This document shows, in pieces, positions 8,607-20,469 of a stretch of 64,000 bases of DNA (the stretch's first letter is position 1; each line of letters begins with the position of its first letter). A program made the position numbers and the translations under genes. The stretch is from Candidatus Rokuibacteriota bacterium (GTDB lineage: Bacteria > Methylomirabilota > Methylomirabilia > Rokubacteriales > CSP1-6), in assembly GCA_003220495.1 (NCBI GenBank), contig QHSP01000023.1:31437-95436 (forward strand). The letters are read 5' to 3'. The notes under the pieces were generated by a model. It ran no database searches. It was not told the origin of the DNA and was given only the letters and a program-made list of their open reading frames with translations.

Positions 8607-9764
8607 ATGAGCGCCGGGCTTCGGATCGTCGTCAGCGGGCTCATAGCGCAGTATCCGCTGGGCGGCGTGGCCTGGGACTACCTGCAGTACATCGTGGGCC
8701 TGGCGCGCCTCGGCCACGACGTCTACTACCTCGAGGACACGGGGCAGTGGCCCTACAACCCGGTCGAAGGTGGGTTGAGCAGTAGCTGCACGTTCAACGT
8801 CGAATATCTGAATGTCCTCATGGCGCGCTACGGGCTCGCCGATCGCTGGGCCTATCGGTTTCCCAAGGGGTCCCGGTGGTTCGGCGTCTCCGACGTCCGC
8901 CGTGCGGAGGTGCTGCGGAGCGCCGACCTGCTCGTGAATGTCTCGGGGACGCTGGAGCGGCCCGGGGAGTACCGGTGTGTGCGGCGGCTCGCCTACATCG
9001 ATTCGGATCCGGTGTTCACGCAGATCAAGCTGGCGCGCGGCCAGGCGGACTTTCGCCAGCTCGTCGATCTGCACGACGTCCACTTCAGCTTCGGCGAGCG
9101 GTTCTCCGAGGCCGTTCCCGATACCGGCCATCGCTGGCATCCCACCCGCCAGCCGATCGTGCTGTCCGAGTGGCCGGTCTCGCCGCCGAGCCGCGAGGTC
9201 TTCACCACCGTGATGAACTGGACCAGTTACAACCCGGTCCTCTACAACGGTCAGAGCTACGGACAGAAGGACGTCGAGTTCATGCGCTTTCTCGAGCTTC
9301 CGAGCCGGGTGACGCCGACTGTGCTCGAGATCGCCGTCAACGAGGGCAAAGTGCGCCGAACGCCGCGCGCCCTGCTCGCCCACAAGGGCTGGCGAGTCGT
9401 CGACCCGGCGACGGTCTGCCCGGATCTGGAGAGCTATCACCGGTACATCGAGTCGTCCAAGGCCGAGTGGAGTGTCGCCAAGAACGGCTACGTCGTGGGC
9501 CAGGCGGGCTGGTTCAGCGGCCGTTCGGCCTGCTATCTCGCCGCCGGGCGGCCGGTCGTCGTACAGGACAGCGGCTTCGCCGGCCTCCTGCCCGTGGGAG
9601 AAGGTCTCCTGTCGTTCACCACGATGGACGAAGCGGTGGCCGCCATCCGCGAGGTGCAGGCGAGCTACGCCCGCCACGCCAAGGCGGCCCGGGCGATCGC
9701 GGAGAGCTATTTCGACTCGGACAAGATCCTCACCCGCCTCATCGAGTCCGCCGCGGAAGGCTAG
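8607..9764 (+). CDS. Uncharacterised GT-B/CgeB-like glycosyltransferase-type protein, paralog 3
   Basis: YPLGG, LGHDVYYLE, YIDSDP, FTTVMNW, YGQKDVEF, GWFSGRSACYLAAGRPVV. Confidence 0.6.
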   Translation: MSAGLRIVVSGLIAQYPLGGVAWDYLQYIVGLARLGHDVYYLEDTGQWPYNPVEGGLSSSCTFNVEYLNVLMARYGLADRWAYRFPKGSRWFGVSDVRRAEVLRSADLLVNVSGTLERPGEYRCVRRLAYIDSDPVFTQIKLARGQADFRQLVDLHDVHFSFGERFSEAVPDTGHRWHPTRQPIVLSEWPVSPPSREVFTTVMNWTSYNPVLYNGQSYGQKDVEFMRFLELPSRVTPTVLEIAVNEGKVRRTPRALLAHKGWRVVDPATVCPDLESYHRYIESSKAEWSVAKNGYVVGQAGWFSGRSACYLAAGRPVVVQDSGFAGLLPVGEGLLSFTTMDEAVAAIREVQASYARHAKAARAIAESYFDSDKILTRLIESAAEG

Positions 9765-10765
9765 TAGCCCTTCGCGCGGTCGACGAGGTTGAGCAACGGC
9801 GCGCCGTCCAGGTAGCGCCGCAGATTCTCGGCGAACAAGGTGCAGCAGTCTTCGTCGTAGCTCGCCACGAAGCCGGAGACGTGCGGCGACAGGATGACGT
9901 GGTCGCCGGCGCCGTACAGAGGATGGCCGGCCGGCGGGGGCTCCTGGGCGAAGACGTCGACCGCGGCCCCGGCGATGCGCTGGTCGGCGAGCGCCCGCGC
10001 GAGCGCGGGCTCGTCGACGCTGGCGCCGCGCCCGACGTTGATGAAGTAGGCTGTGGGCTTCATCGCGCCGAGCTCGCGCGCGCCGATCATGTGCTGGGTC
10101 TCGCGGGTCAGTGGGGCGCACATCACGACGACGTCCGAGCCGGCCAGCAGGTCGGTCAGCTGCGCCGGCGAGAACCACGCGTCGGGCAAGCGGCCCTCGG
10201 GATCCCCCGTGCCGGCCGGGCAGTAGCCGTGATCGGCGCGCCGAGCCGGATCCCGCTTGCACGCGAGCACGCGCATCGCGAACGCGGTCTTGGCAATGCG
10301 CGCGAGCTCGCGCCCGATGCTGCCGTAGCCGATGATGCCGAGCGTCGCCCCGCGCACCGCGGTCGGGACGAACAGCGGCCAGCGCTGCTCGTCGGGCGGC
10401 CAGACGCCCCGAGCCTGCCACTCGACCATGCGGGGCACGCGATGCGCCAGCGCCAGGAGCGCCGTCATCGCGTACTCGGCGACGGTCGCCGCGTGCACGC
10501 CGCTGGCGGTCGTGAGGGCGAGCGCGTTGTCGGCGTAAAGCGGGTGCTCGTGGAGCCCGTTCACGCCCGCCATGTGCACCTGGACCCACTTGAGGCGCGG
10601 CGCTCGCGAGCGATCGCGCGGGAGCATCCCGCCGTAGAGGATCTCCGCGCTCGCATAGTCGGCGGTCGCGGGATCGGCGCGCGTCACGGTCAGCCGCGGC
10701 GAGACCCGCCGCAGCCGGTCGAGCTGGGCGTCGTCGAATGCGGTGGTCACGAGCACGTCGGGCAT
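9761..10765 (-). CDS. D-2-hydroxyacid dehydrogenase family protein
   Basis: GIIGYGSIG, INVGRG, DVFAQEP, SPHVSG; start MPDVLVTT. Confidence 0.9.
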   Translation of the reverse strand: MPDVLVTTAFDDAQLDRLRRVSPRLTVTRADPATADYASAEILYGGMLPRDRSRAPRLKWVQVHMAGVNGLHEHPLYADNALALTTASGVHAATVAEYAMTALLALAHRVPRMVEWQARGVWPPDEQRWPLFVPTAVRGATLGIIGYGSIGRELARIAKTAFAMRVLACKRDPARRADHGYCPAGTGDPEGRLPDAWFSPAQLTDLLAGSDVVVMCAPLTRETQHMIGARELGAMKPTAYFINVGRGASVDEPALARALADQRIAGAAVDVFAQEPPPAGHPLYGAGDHVILSPHVSGFVASYDEDCCTLFAENLRRYLDGAPLLNLVDRAKGY

Positions 10766-10782
10766 GGCGGTCGCGCGTTCTC

Positions 10783-13497
10783 TTACTTCGATTGGGTCAG
10801 CGCGCGCAGGGTCTCCTCCAGGCGCTTTTGCTCGGCGCCGTAGGTCGCCCAGTCGCCCCGCCGAAGCGCGTCCTGCGCCCGGCTCCAGATCTCCCAGGCC
10901 CGCTGGCCGAGCTGGCGCGCGCTGGCCGCGCCCTCCGCCGACCCCTCGGTGGAGGACGTCGAGGGGGTGGCCGCGGACGTCGCCGTCGGACGTCCGCCGA
11001 AGATCCGCGAGAGGGACTGCTCGAGCGTCGGCTCCATGGCGATCTGGTTCCCGTACGCCACGATCACCCGTCGGAGCTCGGGAAGCGCTCCCTGCTCGGC
11101 GGCGGCCAGGTACAGCGGCTGGACGTAGATCAGCGACTGGTCGATGGGGATCGCCAGCAAGGAGCCGCGGATGACCGACGAGCCACGCTGGTTCCAGAGC
11201 GAGAGCTGCTGGGAGATGATCGGGTCCTGATCGATCCGGGCGTCGATCTGGCGCGGTCCGTAGACGAGCTTCTGCTTGGGAAAGTTGAAGACGATCAGGC
11301 GGCCGTAGTTCGGCGGATCCGAGCGCGCGGCCATCCACGCGATCATGTTGTCGCGACGCGCCGGATTGAAGAGCGTGAGCAGGATGAACTCCTCCTTCTG
11401 CTCGCCCGGCAGCCGCATGATCGTAAAGTAGGGCTCCATGTCGCGGTCGCGCCCCTCGATGGCCCGACGCGGCACCGCCCAGAGATCCTCCTTGTTGTAG
11501 AACACCTGCGGATCGAGCATGTGGTAGGTCGCGTACTTGCGGGCCTGGATCGCGAAGAAGTCTTCGGGATACCGGATGTGGCGGCGGAGCGTCTCCGGCA
11601 TCTTGTCGAGCGGCTTGAGGAGGCCGGGGAAGGCACCGCCGTACGCGCGCACGATCGGGTCGGTGTCGTCGGCCCGATAGAACGTCACCGAGCCGTCGTA
11701 GGCGTCGATCGTCACCTTCACCGAGTTCCGGATGTAGTTGCCCATGCCGGGCACGGGCTCCGAGTACGGATAGCGGTCGGTCGTCGTGTAGCCGTCGAGC
11801 ATCCAGATCAGGCGCCCGTCGTCGTCGACGACCATGTACGGGTCGCGGTCGAAGCGGAAGAAGGGCGCGATCTGGCGCACGCGCTGGGTGACCGTCCGGT
11901 AGATCATGATGCGGCTCTGGTCGGTGAGGTCGTTGGACAGGAGGATCTTGATCTCGCCGAACCGCATCGCGAACGCGACCTTGCGGAAGAACGAGGAGAG
12001 CGGGATGCCGCCGACGCCGCTGTAGGTCGTGTAGACGTTCTGGTCGCCCGAGGGATAGTCGAGCTCCTGGGACTTGGTCCTGACCAGGACGTATTCGTTG
12101 GACACTTCTCCGTAGTAGATCTGGGGCCGCGTGATCTTCGGGAAGCCGCTCGTCGACTGGGGCGGGATGTCCTTGACGAGGAACTCCGGCAGGCCCTCGG
12201 CGGTGATCCGGTTGACCGGCCCCACCACCGCGCCGTAGCCGTGCGTGAACGTCAGGTGCTCATTGATCCAGATCCGCGACTGGAGGTGCTGGTACGAGAG
12301 CTCGCGGGGTGACAGCATGAGCTGCCGGTACTCGCCGTTCACGACGTAGCGGTCGTTGTCCACGTCCACGAACTTGTAGTAGGTCCGGATCTCCTGGAGC
12401 TGCGCGAACGTGCGGAGCAAGGGGCGGTAGTCCCACAGGCGGATGTTCTTGACGGTGGCGGCGTTGCGCTCGAGCGCGCGCGCGTCGAGCGCCTCGTCGG
12501 CCGGGAACTCGCGCTCGACGATCCGGTCCAGGCCGTACGCCTGGCGGGTCATCCGGATGTTGTGGCCGATGAAGGGCCGCTCGGCCGCAAGCTCGTTGGG
12601 CGTGACCCGGAAGCGCTGCAGGAGCGCCGGGTAGACGCCCAGGCCGACCACCCAGACCAGCGCCAGCGCCACCAGGCCACCGGCGACCAGGCGCAGTCCC
12701 GACCGCGCGATCTGGGCGAGGCACGCGACGGCGCACAGCGCCGCGAACACCGCGAGCGCGCCGAGCACCGGCAACGACGCGTAGATGTCGGTATAGGCCG
12801 CGCCGAACACGATGCCGCGGGGCGAGAAGACCAGCTCGAACCGGTCGAGCCAGAAGCCGACTGCCTTGAGACCGAGCGCCACGGCGCCGAGGACGAGCAG
12901 GTGCGAGCGGGCGCCGGCCGCCAGCCGCGGGCCACGGCTCGTCAGCACGAGGCTCCGCTGGAGCACGTAGACGGCCAAGGTGAGGACGATCGTCGCGCTG
13001 ACGAGCGTGAGCGCCCAGCCGTGCACGAGCCGCCACAGCGGCAAGACGAAGACGAAGAAGCTCAGGTCGTAGCCGAACAGCGGGTCGACGGTGCCGAACG
13101 GCGTGGCGTTGAGGTAGCCGAGCACCGTCTCCCAGTGGACGGTGGCGCGCATGCCGGAGGCCAGCGCGATCAGCAGCAGCACGATCGGCAGGAACCGGCG
13201 GATCAGCGGCTCGATGATCACGCGACTCGGGAGCCCGAGCTGATCCTCGAGCTCCCAGATGACGTCGGGCGCCGCCGTGCGGGCGGCGAACGTCAGGTTG
13301 GCGTAGAGGAAGACGAGCACCCCGATCGCGAGCGCGGCGAAGAGCGACCCGCGCAGGGACAGCGTCTTGACGAAGACTTCCGAGTAGCCGACCTCGACGA
13401 ACCAGAGCCAGTCAGTGTAGAGCGGCACGACCTGGGCGAGGAGGCCCAGGCCCAGGAGTAGCAGGAGGAGCAGGAGGATGGGCTGCGGCCGGTTCAT
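10783..13497 (-). CDS. UPF0182 family membrane protein
   Basis: YTDWLWF, DPLFGYDLSFFVF, NIRLWD, DVDNDRY, FTHGYG, YIRNSVK, YVQPLY. Confidence 0.9.
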   Translation of the reverse strand: MNRPQPILLLLLLLLGLGLLAQVVPLYTDWLWFVEVGYSEVFVKTLSLRGSLFAALAIGVLVFLYANLTFAARTAAPDVIWELEDQLGLPSRVIIEPLIRRFLPIVLLLIALASGMRATVHWETVLGYLNATPFGTVDPLFGYDLSFFVFVLPLWRLVHGWALTLVSATIVLTLAVYVLQRSLVLTSRGPRLAAGARSHLLVLGAVALGLKAVGFWLDRFELVFSPRGIVFGAAYTDIYASLPVLGALAVFAALCAVACLAQIARSGLRLVAGGLVALALVWVVGLGVYPALLQRFRVTPNELAAERPFIGHNIRMTRQAYGLDRIVEREFPADEALDARALERNAATVKNIRLWDYRPLLRTFAQLQEIRTYYKFVDVDNDRYVVNGEYRQLMLSPRELSYQHLQSRIWINEHLTFTHGYGAVVGPVNRITAEGLPEFLVKDIPPQSTSGFPKITRPQIYYGEVSNEYVLVRTKSQELDYPSGDQNVYTTYSGVGGIPLSSFFRKVAFAMRFGEIKILLSNDLTDQSRIMIYRTVTQRVRQIAPFFRFDRDPYMVVDDDGRLIWMLDGYTTTDRYPYSEPVPGMGNYIRNSVKVTIDAYDGSVTFYRADDTDPIVRAYGGAFPGLLKPLDKMPETLRRHIRYPEDFFAIQARKYATYHMLDPQVFYNKEDLWAVPRRAIEGRDRDMEPYFTIMRLPGEQKEEFILLTLFNPARRDNMIAWMAARSDPPNYGRLIVFNFPKQKLVYGPRQIDARIDQDPIISQQLSLWNQRGSSVIRGSLLAIPIDQSLIYVQPLYLAAAEQGALPELRRVIVAYGNQIAMEPTLEQSLSRIFGGRPTATSAATPSTSSTEGSAEGAASARQLGQRAWEIWSRAQDALRRGDWATYGAEQKRLEETLRALTQSK

Positions 13498-13516
13498 AGA
13501 CCTCCGCGCGCCGGGA

Positions 13517-14791
<1,275 letters not shown>

Positions 14792-14864
14792 TTAATTAAT
14801 CGGCCGTCGCCACCCGGCGTTTCCGCCGATGGCCGGACCGGCCAAGGCGTATCGGTGTGCTGAG

Positions 14865-16016
14865 CTACACCCCTGCGTCGTCGCGCAGGTCCTTGACGCG
14901 GTTCGTTCGTTCCCACGCGAACTGGGACTCCGCGCGTCCGAAGTGACCGTAGGCCGCGGTCTTCTTGTAGATCGGCCGGCGCAGGTCGAGATACTTGATG
15001 ATCCCCGCCGGCGTGAAGTCGAAGTGACGCCGGATCAGCGCCTCGAGGACCCGGTTCGGAACCTTCCCGGTGCCGAACGTGTCGACCATGATCGAGACCG
15101 GCTCGGCGACGCCGATCGCATAGGCGACCTGGACCTGCGCCCGCTGGGCCAGCCCGGCGGCGACGACGTTCTTGGCGACGTGGCGCGCCATGTAGCACGC
15201 GGAGCGATCGACCTTCGTCGGATCCTTGCCGGAGAAGGCGCCGCCCCCGTGCGGGCACGAGCCGCCGTAGGTGTCGACGATGATCTTGCGGCCGGTGAGA
15301 CCGGTGTCGCCCATCGGCCCGCCGGTCACGAACCGTCCGGTCGGGTTCACGTGGATGACGCACCGCTGCAGGTCGATCAGCTCGGCCGGGATCGTCGGCT
15401 TGATCACCTGCTCGATGACGTCCTCGCGGATCCGCTGCGCGCCGACCTCGGGGCTGTGCTGGGTGGACACGACGACCGTCTCCACCGCGCGCGGCACGCC
15501 GTCGACGTAGCGGATGCTGACTTGAGACTTTCCGTCCGGTCGCAGATAGTCGAGCGCCCCCGACTTGCGCCGCTCCGAGAGCCGCATCACGAGCTTGTGC
15601 GCGAGCATGATCGGCATCGGCATGAGCTCGGCGGTCTCGGTGCAGGCATAGCCGAACATGAGCCCCTGGTCGCCGGCGCCGAGCTTGTCGACGCCCTGGG
15701 CGATGTCGGACGACTGCTCGTCGATCGCCGCGATGACGCCGCACGTCTCGTAGTCGAAGCCGAACTTCGCCCGTGTGTAGCCGACGTCGCGGATCGTCTC
15801 GCGCGCGATGCGCGGAATATCGACGTAGCACGACGTCGTGATCTCGCCTGCCACGACCACGAGCCCGGTGGTCAGCAGCGACTCGCAGGCGACGCGCCCG
15901 GTGGGATCCTGGGAAATGATCGCGTCCAGCACCGCATCGGAGATCTGGTCGGCGATCTTGTCGGGGTGACCCTCGGTCACCGACTCCGACGTGAACAGGT
16001 ACTCGTCACGCGCCAT
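14865..16016 (-). CDS. metK: S-adenosylmethionine synthetase
   Basis: [35 protein letters not shown]; GGAGG 6 nt before ATG 16016. Confidence 0.97.
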   Translation of the reverse strand: MARDEYLFTSESVTEGHPDKIADQISDAVLDAIISQDPTGRVACESLLTTGLVVVAGEITTSCYVDIPRIARETIRDVGYTRAKFGFDYETCGVIAAIDEQSSDIAQGVDKLGAGDQGLMFGYACTETAELMPMPIMLAHKLVMRLSERRKSGALDYLRPDGKSQVSIRYVDGVPRAVETVVVSTQHSPEVGAQRIREDVIEQVIKPTIPAELIDLQRCVIHVNPTGRFVTGGPMGDTGLTGRKIIVDTYGGSCPHGGGAFSGKDPTKVDRSACYMARHVAKNVVAAGLAQRAQVQVAYAIGVAEPVSIMVDTFGTGKVPNRVLEALIRRHFDFTPAGIIKYLDLRRPIYKKTAAYGHFGRAESQFAWERTNRVKDLRDDAGV

Positions 16017-16084
16017 CGACATCCTCCCGGGCACCGCGTCGTGCGATGCAAGCGCCGCAACTGTAACACGAATTTCGAGCGCGG

Positions 16085-17131
16085 CTAAGAGGCTCGCAGT
16101 CGTCGCTTCATCTCGTCGAGCACGGGAATCGGCCAGGGGTCGGTTCCGCGGCCGACCGCCAGGTAGTAGCTCGTCCACGCGCCGAGGTAGGCCAGGCCCA
16201 GGAGCCGCGCCACCCGTCCCGCGCCGCGCGTCGAGCACTCGCTGACATCGCCCGCGGCGGACGCGATGAGGTCGCGCATCACCGCGAAGCGCCGCGCGAT
16301 TTCGGGTAACTCGTCGCGATCCCGCAGAAAGACCGCGTGCATCGTCGCGCCGACCGGCGCCCGCCACGCTTCGATCTCGTTGTGGTTCATCTCCGGGATC
16401 GCGCCGGCGATCGCGAACCGCTTGGCGTTCTCCTCGACCTCGGTCTTCCAGCGATACGCCACGCCGCCGGTCGATGGGCCCCCGTAGAACGCCGGCAAGC
16501 GCGTGCCGATCGCGAGCGCGAGCCGCTTGGCCTCGTTCTGGGCGACGGGGCGCGCCGGCCCGAGCTCGGCGGCGAGCGCGGTCACGACGTCGACCGCTTC
16601 GGCGATCTCGGCGTCGGTCGCGATCGCCAGCCCCGCGTCACACAGGATCCTGAGCGACGGGAAGAACAGGTACCCGAGCGCCATGCGCGGCATCAGCCCG
16701 TCGGGCAGCTTCACCCGCGACAGTCCCCGCGCGTCGGCGAGCGCTTCCAGCCGGCCCCCCGCGGTGAGCGCGACTAGCGGGACCGCGCGCTCGAGCGCTG
16801 CCTCGGCCGCCGAGAGCACTTCCGCCGTGTCGCCGGAGTAGGACGAGGCCACGACGAGCGTGTGCTTGCCCGCGGTCGGCGGCAGACCGTATCCGCGGTG
16901 GACGACGATCGGGACGTCGAGCCGCTCGGCGGCGCACCCCGCGATCAGCTCGGCGCCGGCGGCCGACCCACCCATCCCGACGAGGACGACGAGCATCGGG
17001 CGCGGAAGCGACATCGGAGGCGTCGCGCGGAGCGCGAGCGCGGCACGACACTGGGCCGGAAACGACGCCAGCGCCTCGCGCGCCCGGTGCGGGTCGGTCC
17101 GTTCGAACAGGGCTGGATCGTCGAGCGTCAT
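16085..17131 (-). CDS. Bifunctional phosphoglucose/phosphomannose isomerase (SIS domain)
   Basis: [32 protein letters not shown]; ATGA overlap with the GH57 gene. Confidence 0.85.
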   Translation of the reverse strand: MTLDDPALFERTDPHRAREALASFPAQCRAALALRATPPMSLPRPMLVVLVGMGGSAAGAELIAGCAAERLDVPIVVHRGYGLPPTAGKHTLVVASSYSGDTAEVLSAAEAALERAVPLVALTAGGRLEALADARGLSRVKLPDGLMPRMALGYLFFPSLRILCDAGLAIATDAEIAEAVDVVTALAAELGPARPVAQNEAKRLALAIGTRLPAFYGGPSTGGVAYRWKTEVEENAKRFAIAGAIPEMNHNEIEAWRAPVGATMHAVFLRDRDELPEIARRFAVMRDLIASAAGDVSECSTRGAGRVARLLGLAYLGAWTSYYLAVGRGTDPWPIPVLDEMKRRLRAS

Positions 17132-19221
17132 CGACGCGCCAGGGTCACGGCCGCCTCGAGCGTCGCTGCCGCGTCGGGGTCGACGTCGAGGCGCCACACC
17201 AGCAGGAGCGCAGTGCCCTGATAGATCCGCTCGAAGCCGCCCTCGGAGAGCGACACCGTCTCGACCGGACCCCAGGCAAGCTCCGCCGCGGGACTCCAGC
17301 GCAGGCGCGCCTCCACGGCCGCCCACTCGTCCACCAGGGTCACCGCCGAGAGATCCGTCGCGCGTCCCGAGCTCCCGAGCGTGGGCCGCGCCGCGAGGTC
17401 GAGGTACCGGTCGGGCGCATGCCCGGCCGTGAGGGCCAGATTCCACTGGACCGCCCAGCGTCCGGTGAGCCGCTGCCCGCGGGGCGGTCGTAGACGATAG
17501 CGCACCGCGAGCGTCGCGTCGCGGATCGTCACCCGCTTGTCCATCGCGAGCGGCAGATCCGGCGTCGGCGCGCGCGAGAGCACGATCGAGACGGCGTCGG
17601 CGTCGTCCTCGACGGCGCACTCGAGCCGCTCGACGCCGATCACGCCACGCGCCGCGGCCCAGGGCGCGACAGGATCGAGCGCCGTCTGGGCTTCGGCGAA
17701 GAGCCCTTCGGTGAGCGAGCCGCGCCGAATCGCGTCGTAGGCCAGCAACGCGTCGAGACCGGCTTCCTTGGGCGTGGCGGCGTCGTGGATCGTCCGCGCG
17801 CCGTCGGAGGCGCCGAGACCCGCGCGAGCTCGCACCTTGTCGTGGTACGCCTCGGACCGGCGGGCCAGCACGTCGGCGACGTCGAGTCTTGCCGGGAAGT
17901 ACCCGAGCTCGGTGACCATCCCGCCCGCCTCGGGCTCGAGCGTGACGGCCAGCGCGCGCGTGCGGACGTAGACCTCGACGCGTCCGTCGCCGTTGCCGTC
18001 TTCGCGAGTCCACGCGGTCTCGGCAGCGGCGCCCGCCTCCACCAGCGAGTGCTCGGCTTCCAGGAGCGAGGTCTTCACGGCGCGGCGCAGGTGCGGGAGA
18101 TAACAGCCGCCGAACACACCGTGCCAGTACGCGTCGTTGGCCTGACCTCGCCAGAGCGCGACCTGACCGCTGATGAGCCGCGCGTCGTCCGGACGCCGCG
18201 CGAGGGCGCCGTGGATCGCGCGCGAGAGCCGGAGCATCTTCCAGTAGGTGTCGCCGACCTCGGGATACTTCACGAGGAAGCTTCGCCAGAAGCCGCCGCG
18301 CAGCAGGCCGACCAGCCGCTCGCCGTCGGCCAGCCGGCTGATCTCGATCTTGGCCGCGTCGAGCGCGCGCGCGGCATCGGCCGAGAGCGCCCACTCCCCC
18401 ATCTCTCCGTACGAGGCCGTCGGGAGGTAGACACGGCCGCTCGCGGGGACGCGCTCGACGACGTCGGCGAGGGTCGTCGCGTCGAGCCAGGGCGTGGACA
18501 GGATCCGGTCGAAGAAGCGGTCGAGCCAGCCTTCCGCGTAGACGTGGGCGTGGGTGCCCGGCCACACGCCGAACTTCTCGCCGTCGTCGACCATGGTGAT
18601 CGCCGTCGCCCGTCCCCGCCAGGCGCTCAGATACTCGAACGTCTCGTCGACACCGGCGAACGGAATCAAGTAGCGGAGCCGCTGGTTGATCGGGAAGACC
18701 CGCAGGCTCTGGCCCTGCTCGTCGGTCATGTAGTAGCCGCCGAGCGTGTCGACGTCGAGCCCCGCCAGCGCGAAGTGTCGGTCGTCGACCAGCACGTACT
18801 CGACGCCGGCCTCGCTCAGGACGCGCGGCAGCTGCGGCTCCCAGACGCGCTCGGCGAGCCACATCCCGCGCGGACGCACCCCAAAGTGCGACTTGAGAAA
18901 CGTCGTCAACCGCTCGATCTGGCCGATCTTGTCGTGGTCGGGGAGCACGGCCAGGATCGGCTCGTAGAATCCGCCGGTCAGGAGCTCCACCTGCCCGCGC
19001 GCGGCGACGGTGCCGAGGAGATCGAAGGTACGAGGCGAACGCTCGCGCAGCCACTCGAGCAGGCTGCCGGTGCAGTGGACGCTCAGCCGGACCTCAGGCC
19101 GTTGCTCGAGCCGCTCGAGAAAAGGCCGGTAGGCGCGCTCGGTCGCCTCGACCATGACGTGATCGAAGTTGCCGATCGGCTGGTGGTTGTGGACGCCGAA
19201 GCAGAACGCCAGACGGTCCAT
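17128..19221 (-). CDS. GH57 alpha-amylase/4-alpha-glucanotransferase
   Basis: HNHQP, GGFYEPIL, WLAERVWE, DDGEKFGVWPGT, NDAYWHGVFGG, SLSEGGFERIYQG. Confidence 0.9.
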   Translation of the reverse strand: MDRLAFCFGVHNHQPIGNFDHVMVEATERAYRPFLERLEQRPEVRLSVHCTGSLLEWLRERSPRTFDLLGTVAARGQVELLTGGFYEPILAVLPDHDKIGQIERLTTFLKSHFGVRPRGMWLAERVWEPQLPRVLSEAGVEYVLVDDRHFALAGLDVDTLGGYYMTDEQGQSLRVFPINQRLRYLIPFAGVDETFEYLSAWRGRATAITMVDDGEKFGVWPGTHAHVYAEGWLDRFFDRILSTPWLDATTLADVVERVPASGRVYLPTASYGEMGEWALSADAARALDAAKIEISRLADGERLVGLLRGGFWRSFLVKYPEVGDTYWKMLRLSRAIHGALARRPDDARLISGQVALWRGQANDAYWHGVFGGCYLPHLRRAVKTSLLEAEHSLVEAGAAAETAWTREDGNGDGRVEVYVRTRALAVTLEPEAGGMVTELGYFPARLDVADVLARRSEAYHDKVRARAGLGASDGARTIHDAATPKEAGLDALLAYDAIRRGSLTEGLFAEAQTALDPVAPWAAARGVIGVERLECAVEDDADAVSIVLSRAPTPDLPLAMDKRVTIRDATLAVRYRLRPPRGQRLTGRWAVQWNLALTAGHAPDRYLDLAARPTLGSSGRATDLSAVTLVDEWAAVEARLRWSPAAELAWGPVETVSLSEGGFERIYQGTALLLVWRLDVDPDAAATLEAAVTLARR

Positions 19222-19235
19222 CGGTCACGAGGCTC

Positions 19236-20105
19236 TCACTCGCGCTCGAGGTCCCGATGGACGACGGTCGGCGCGTACCCGAGGCCGGTGAGGAACCGCC
19301 CGAGCTCCTCGGCCAGCGTGACCGAGCGGTGCCGGCCGCCGGTGCAGCCGATCGCGACGGTCAGATAGGCCTTGCCTTCCCGCTCGTAGCAGGGCAGCAC
19401 GAACTTCAGGAAGTCCTCGAGCCGGCGGATCATCTCCTTGCTTTCCGGATGATCGAGCACGAAGGCGCGCACGCGCTCGTGGCGGCCGTCGAGCGGGCGT
19501 AGCGACTCCACGAAGTGCGGATTCGGCAGGAACCGGACGTCGAACACGAGATCGGCGTCGAACGGAACGCCGTGCTTGAAGCCGAACGACACCAGCGAGG
19601 TGGCCAGGCCGGGCCGCGCTTTCGGCGCGACGTAGAGCTCGACGAGCCGGTCCTTGAGCTGATGGACCGTGAGCGCCGAGGTGTCGAGGATCCGATCGGC
19701 GATCTCGCGGAGGTCCGAGAGCGCTCGGCGCTCGGCCCGGATCCCGTCGAGCGCGTTGCCGTCGCCGGCCAGCGGATGACGGCGCCGCGTCTCGTGATAG
19801 CGGCGTACCAGCGCTTCCTCACTCGCCTCCAGGAACAGCACCTCCACGGCGTGGCCCCGCGCCCGCAGCTCGCGGATCGTGTCGAGCAGCCGCGAGAGGT
19901 AGGCGCCCTCCCGCACGTCCACGCCCAGCGCGACGCGATGGATCGGCTGCTCCGACCGCATGATCAGGTCGGCGAAGGTCGGAATGAGCGTGGTGGGCAG
20001 ATTGTCGACGCAGAAGAACCCCATGTCCTCGAAGCACTTGATCGCGAAGCTCTTGCCCGCGCCGCTGAGCCCGGTGATGACGACGAACGAGAGAGGGGCC
20101 GGCAT
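19236..20105 (-). CDS. rapZ: RNase adapter protein RapZ
   Basis: GLSGAGKS, CVDNLP, SFGFKHG, DVRFLPNP, GCTGGRHRS. Confidence 0.95.
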   Translation of the reverse strand: MPAPLSFVVITGLSGAGKSFAIKCFEDMGFFCVDNLPTTLIPTFADLIMRSEQPIHRVALGVDVREGAYLSRLLDTIRELRARGHAVEVLFLEASEEALVRRYHETRRRHPLAGDGNALDGIRAERRALSDLREIADRILDTSALTVHQLKDRLVELYVAPKARPGLATSLVSFGFKHGVPFDADLVFDVRFLPNPHFVESLRPLDGRHERVRAFVLDHPESKEMIRRLEDFLKFVLPCYEREGKAYLTVAIGCTGGRHRSVTLAEELGRFLTGLGYAPTVVHRDLERE

Positions 20106-20108
20106 GGG

Positions 20109-20435
20109 CTAGTCTCCGCGCTCGCCCGCGGCGCCGGCTGGTGACCTGCGACTCCGCCGCCGCCGTGTCCGCGCCTCGCGCATCTGGCGGCAGAGCATCT
20201 CGACGGCGCCTTCGACGGCCGTCAGCAGGTGGTCGGCGCTCGCCTGGCAGGCGAAGTTGCGCCGCCGCGCGCGGGTGACGAGGCGGACCGTCTGCTCGAA
20301 CCGCTGGGACGCGCAGGTGACGCGTACCGCGAGCGGGCGTGTCCCGCCGCGCTCGAGCTTCTCGACCTTGCGCTCGATCAGCGACCGGACCGATGGCGTC
20401 AGCACCACCCCGCGCCCGCTGATGATGAGCTGCAT
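20109..20435 (-). CDS. hpf: Divergent HPF/RaiA ribosome-associated protein
   Basis: MQLIISGRGVVLTPSVRSLIERKVEKLER N-terminus; typical position after rpoN. Confidence 0.7.
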   Translation of the reverse strand: MQLIISGRGVVLTPSVRSLIERKVEKLERGGTRPLAVRVTCASQRFEQTVRLVTRARRRNFACQASADHLLTAVEGAVEMLCRQMREARTRRRRSRRSPAGAAGERGD

Positions 20436-20469
20436 CGGGGTCCTCCCCTTGCCGCCCGGAGCCGGCGGC

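Noticed and set aside
16017-16084. SAM riboswitch upstream of metK
   Set aside because: The leader is too short and TGCAAGCGC lies on the non-coding strand; better explained as an extended -10 (TGnTACAGT) plus a small hairpin.
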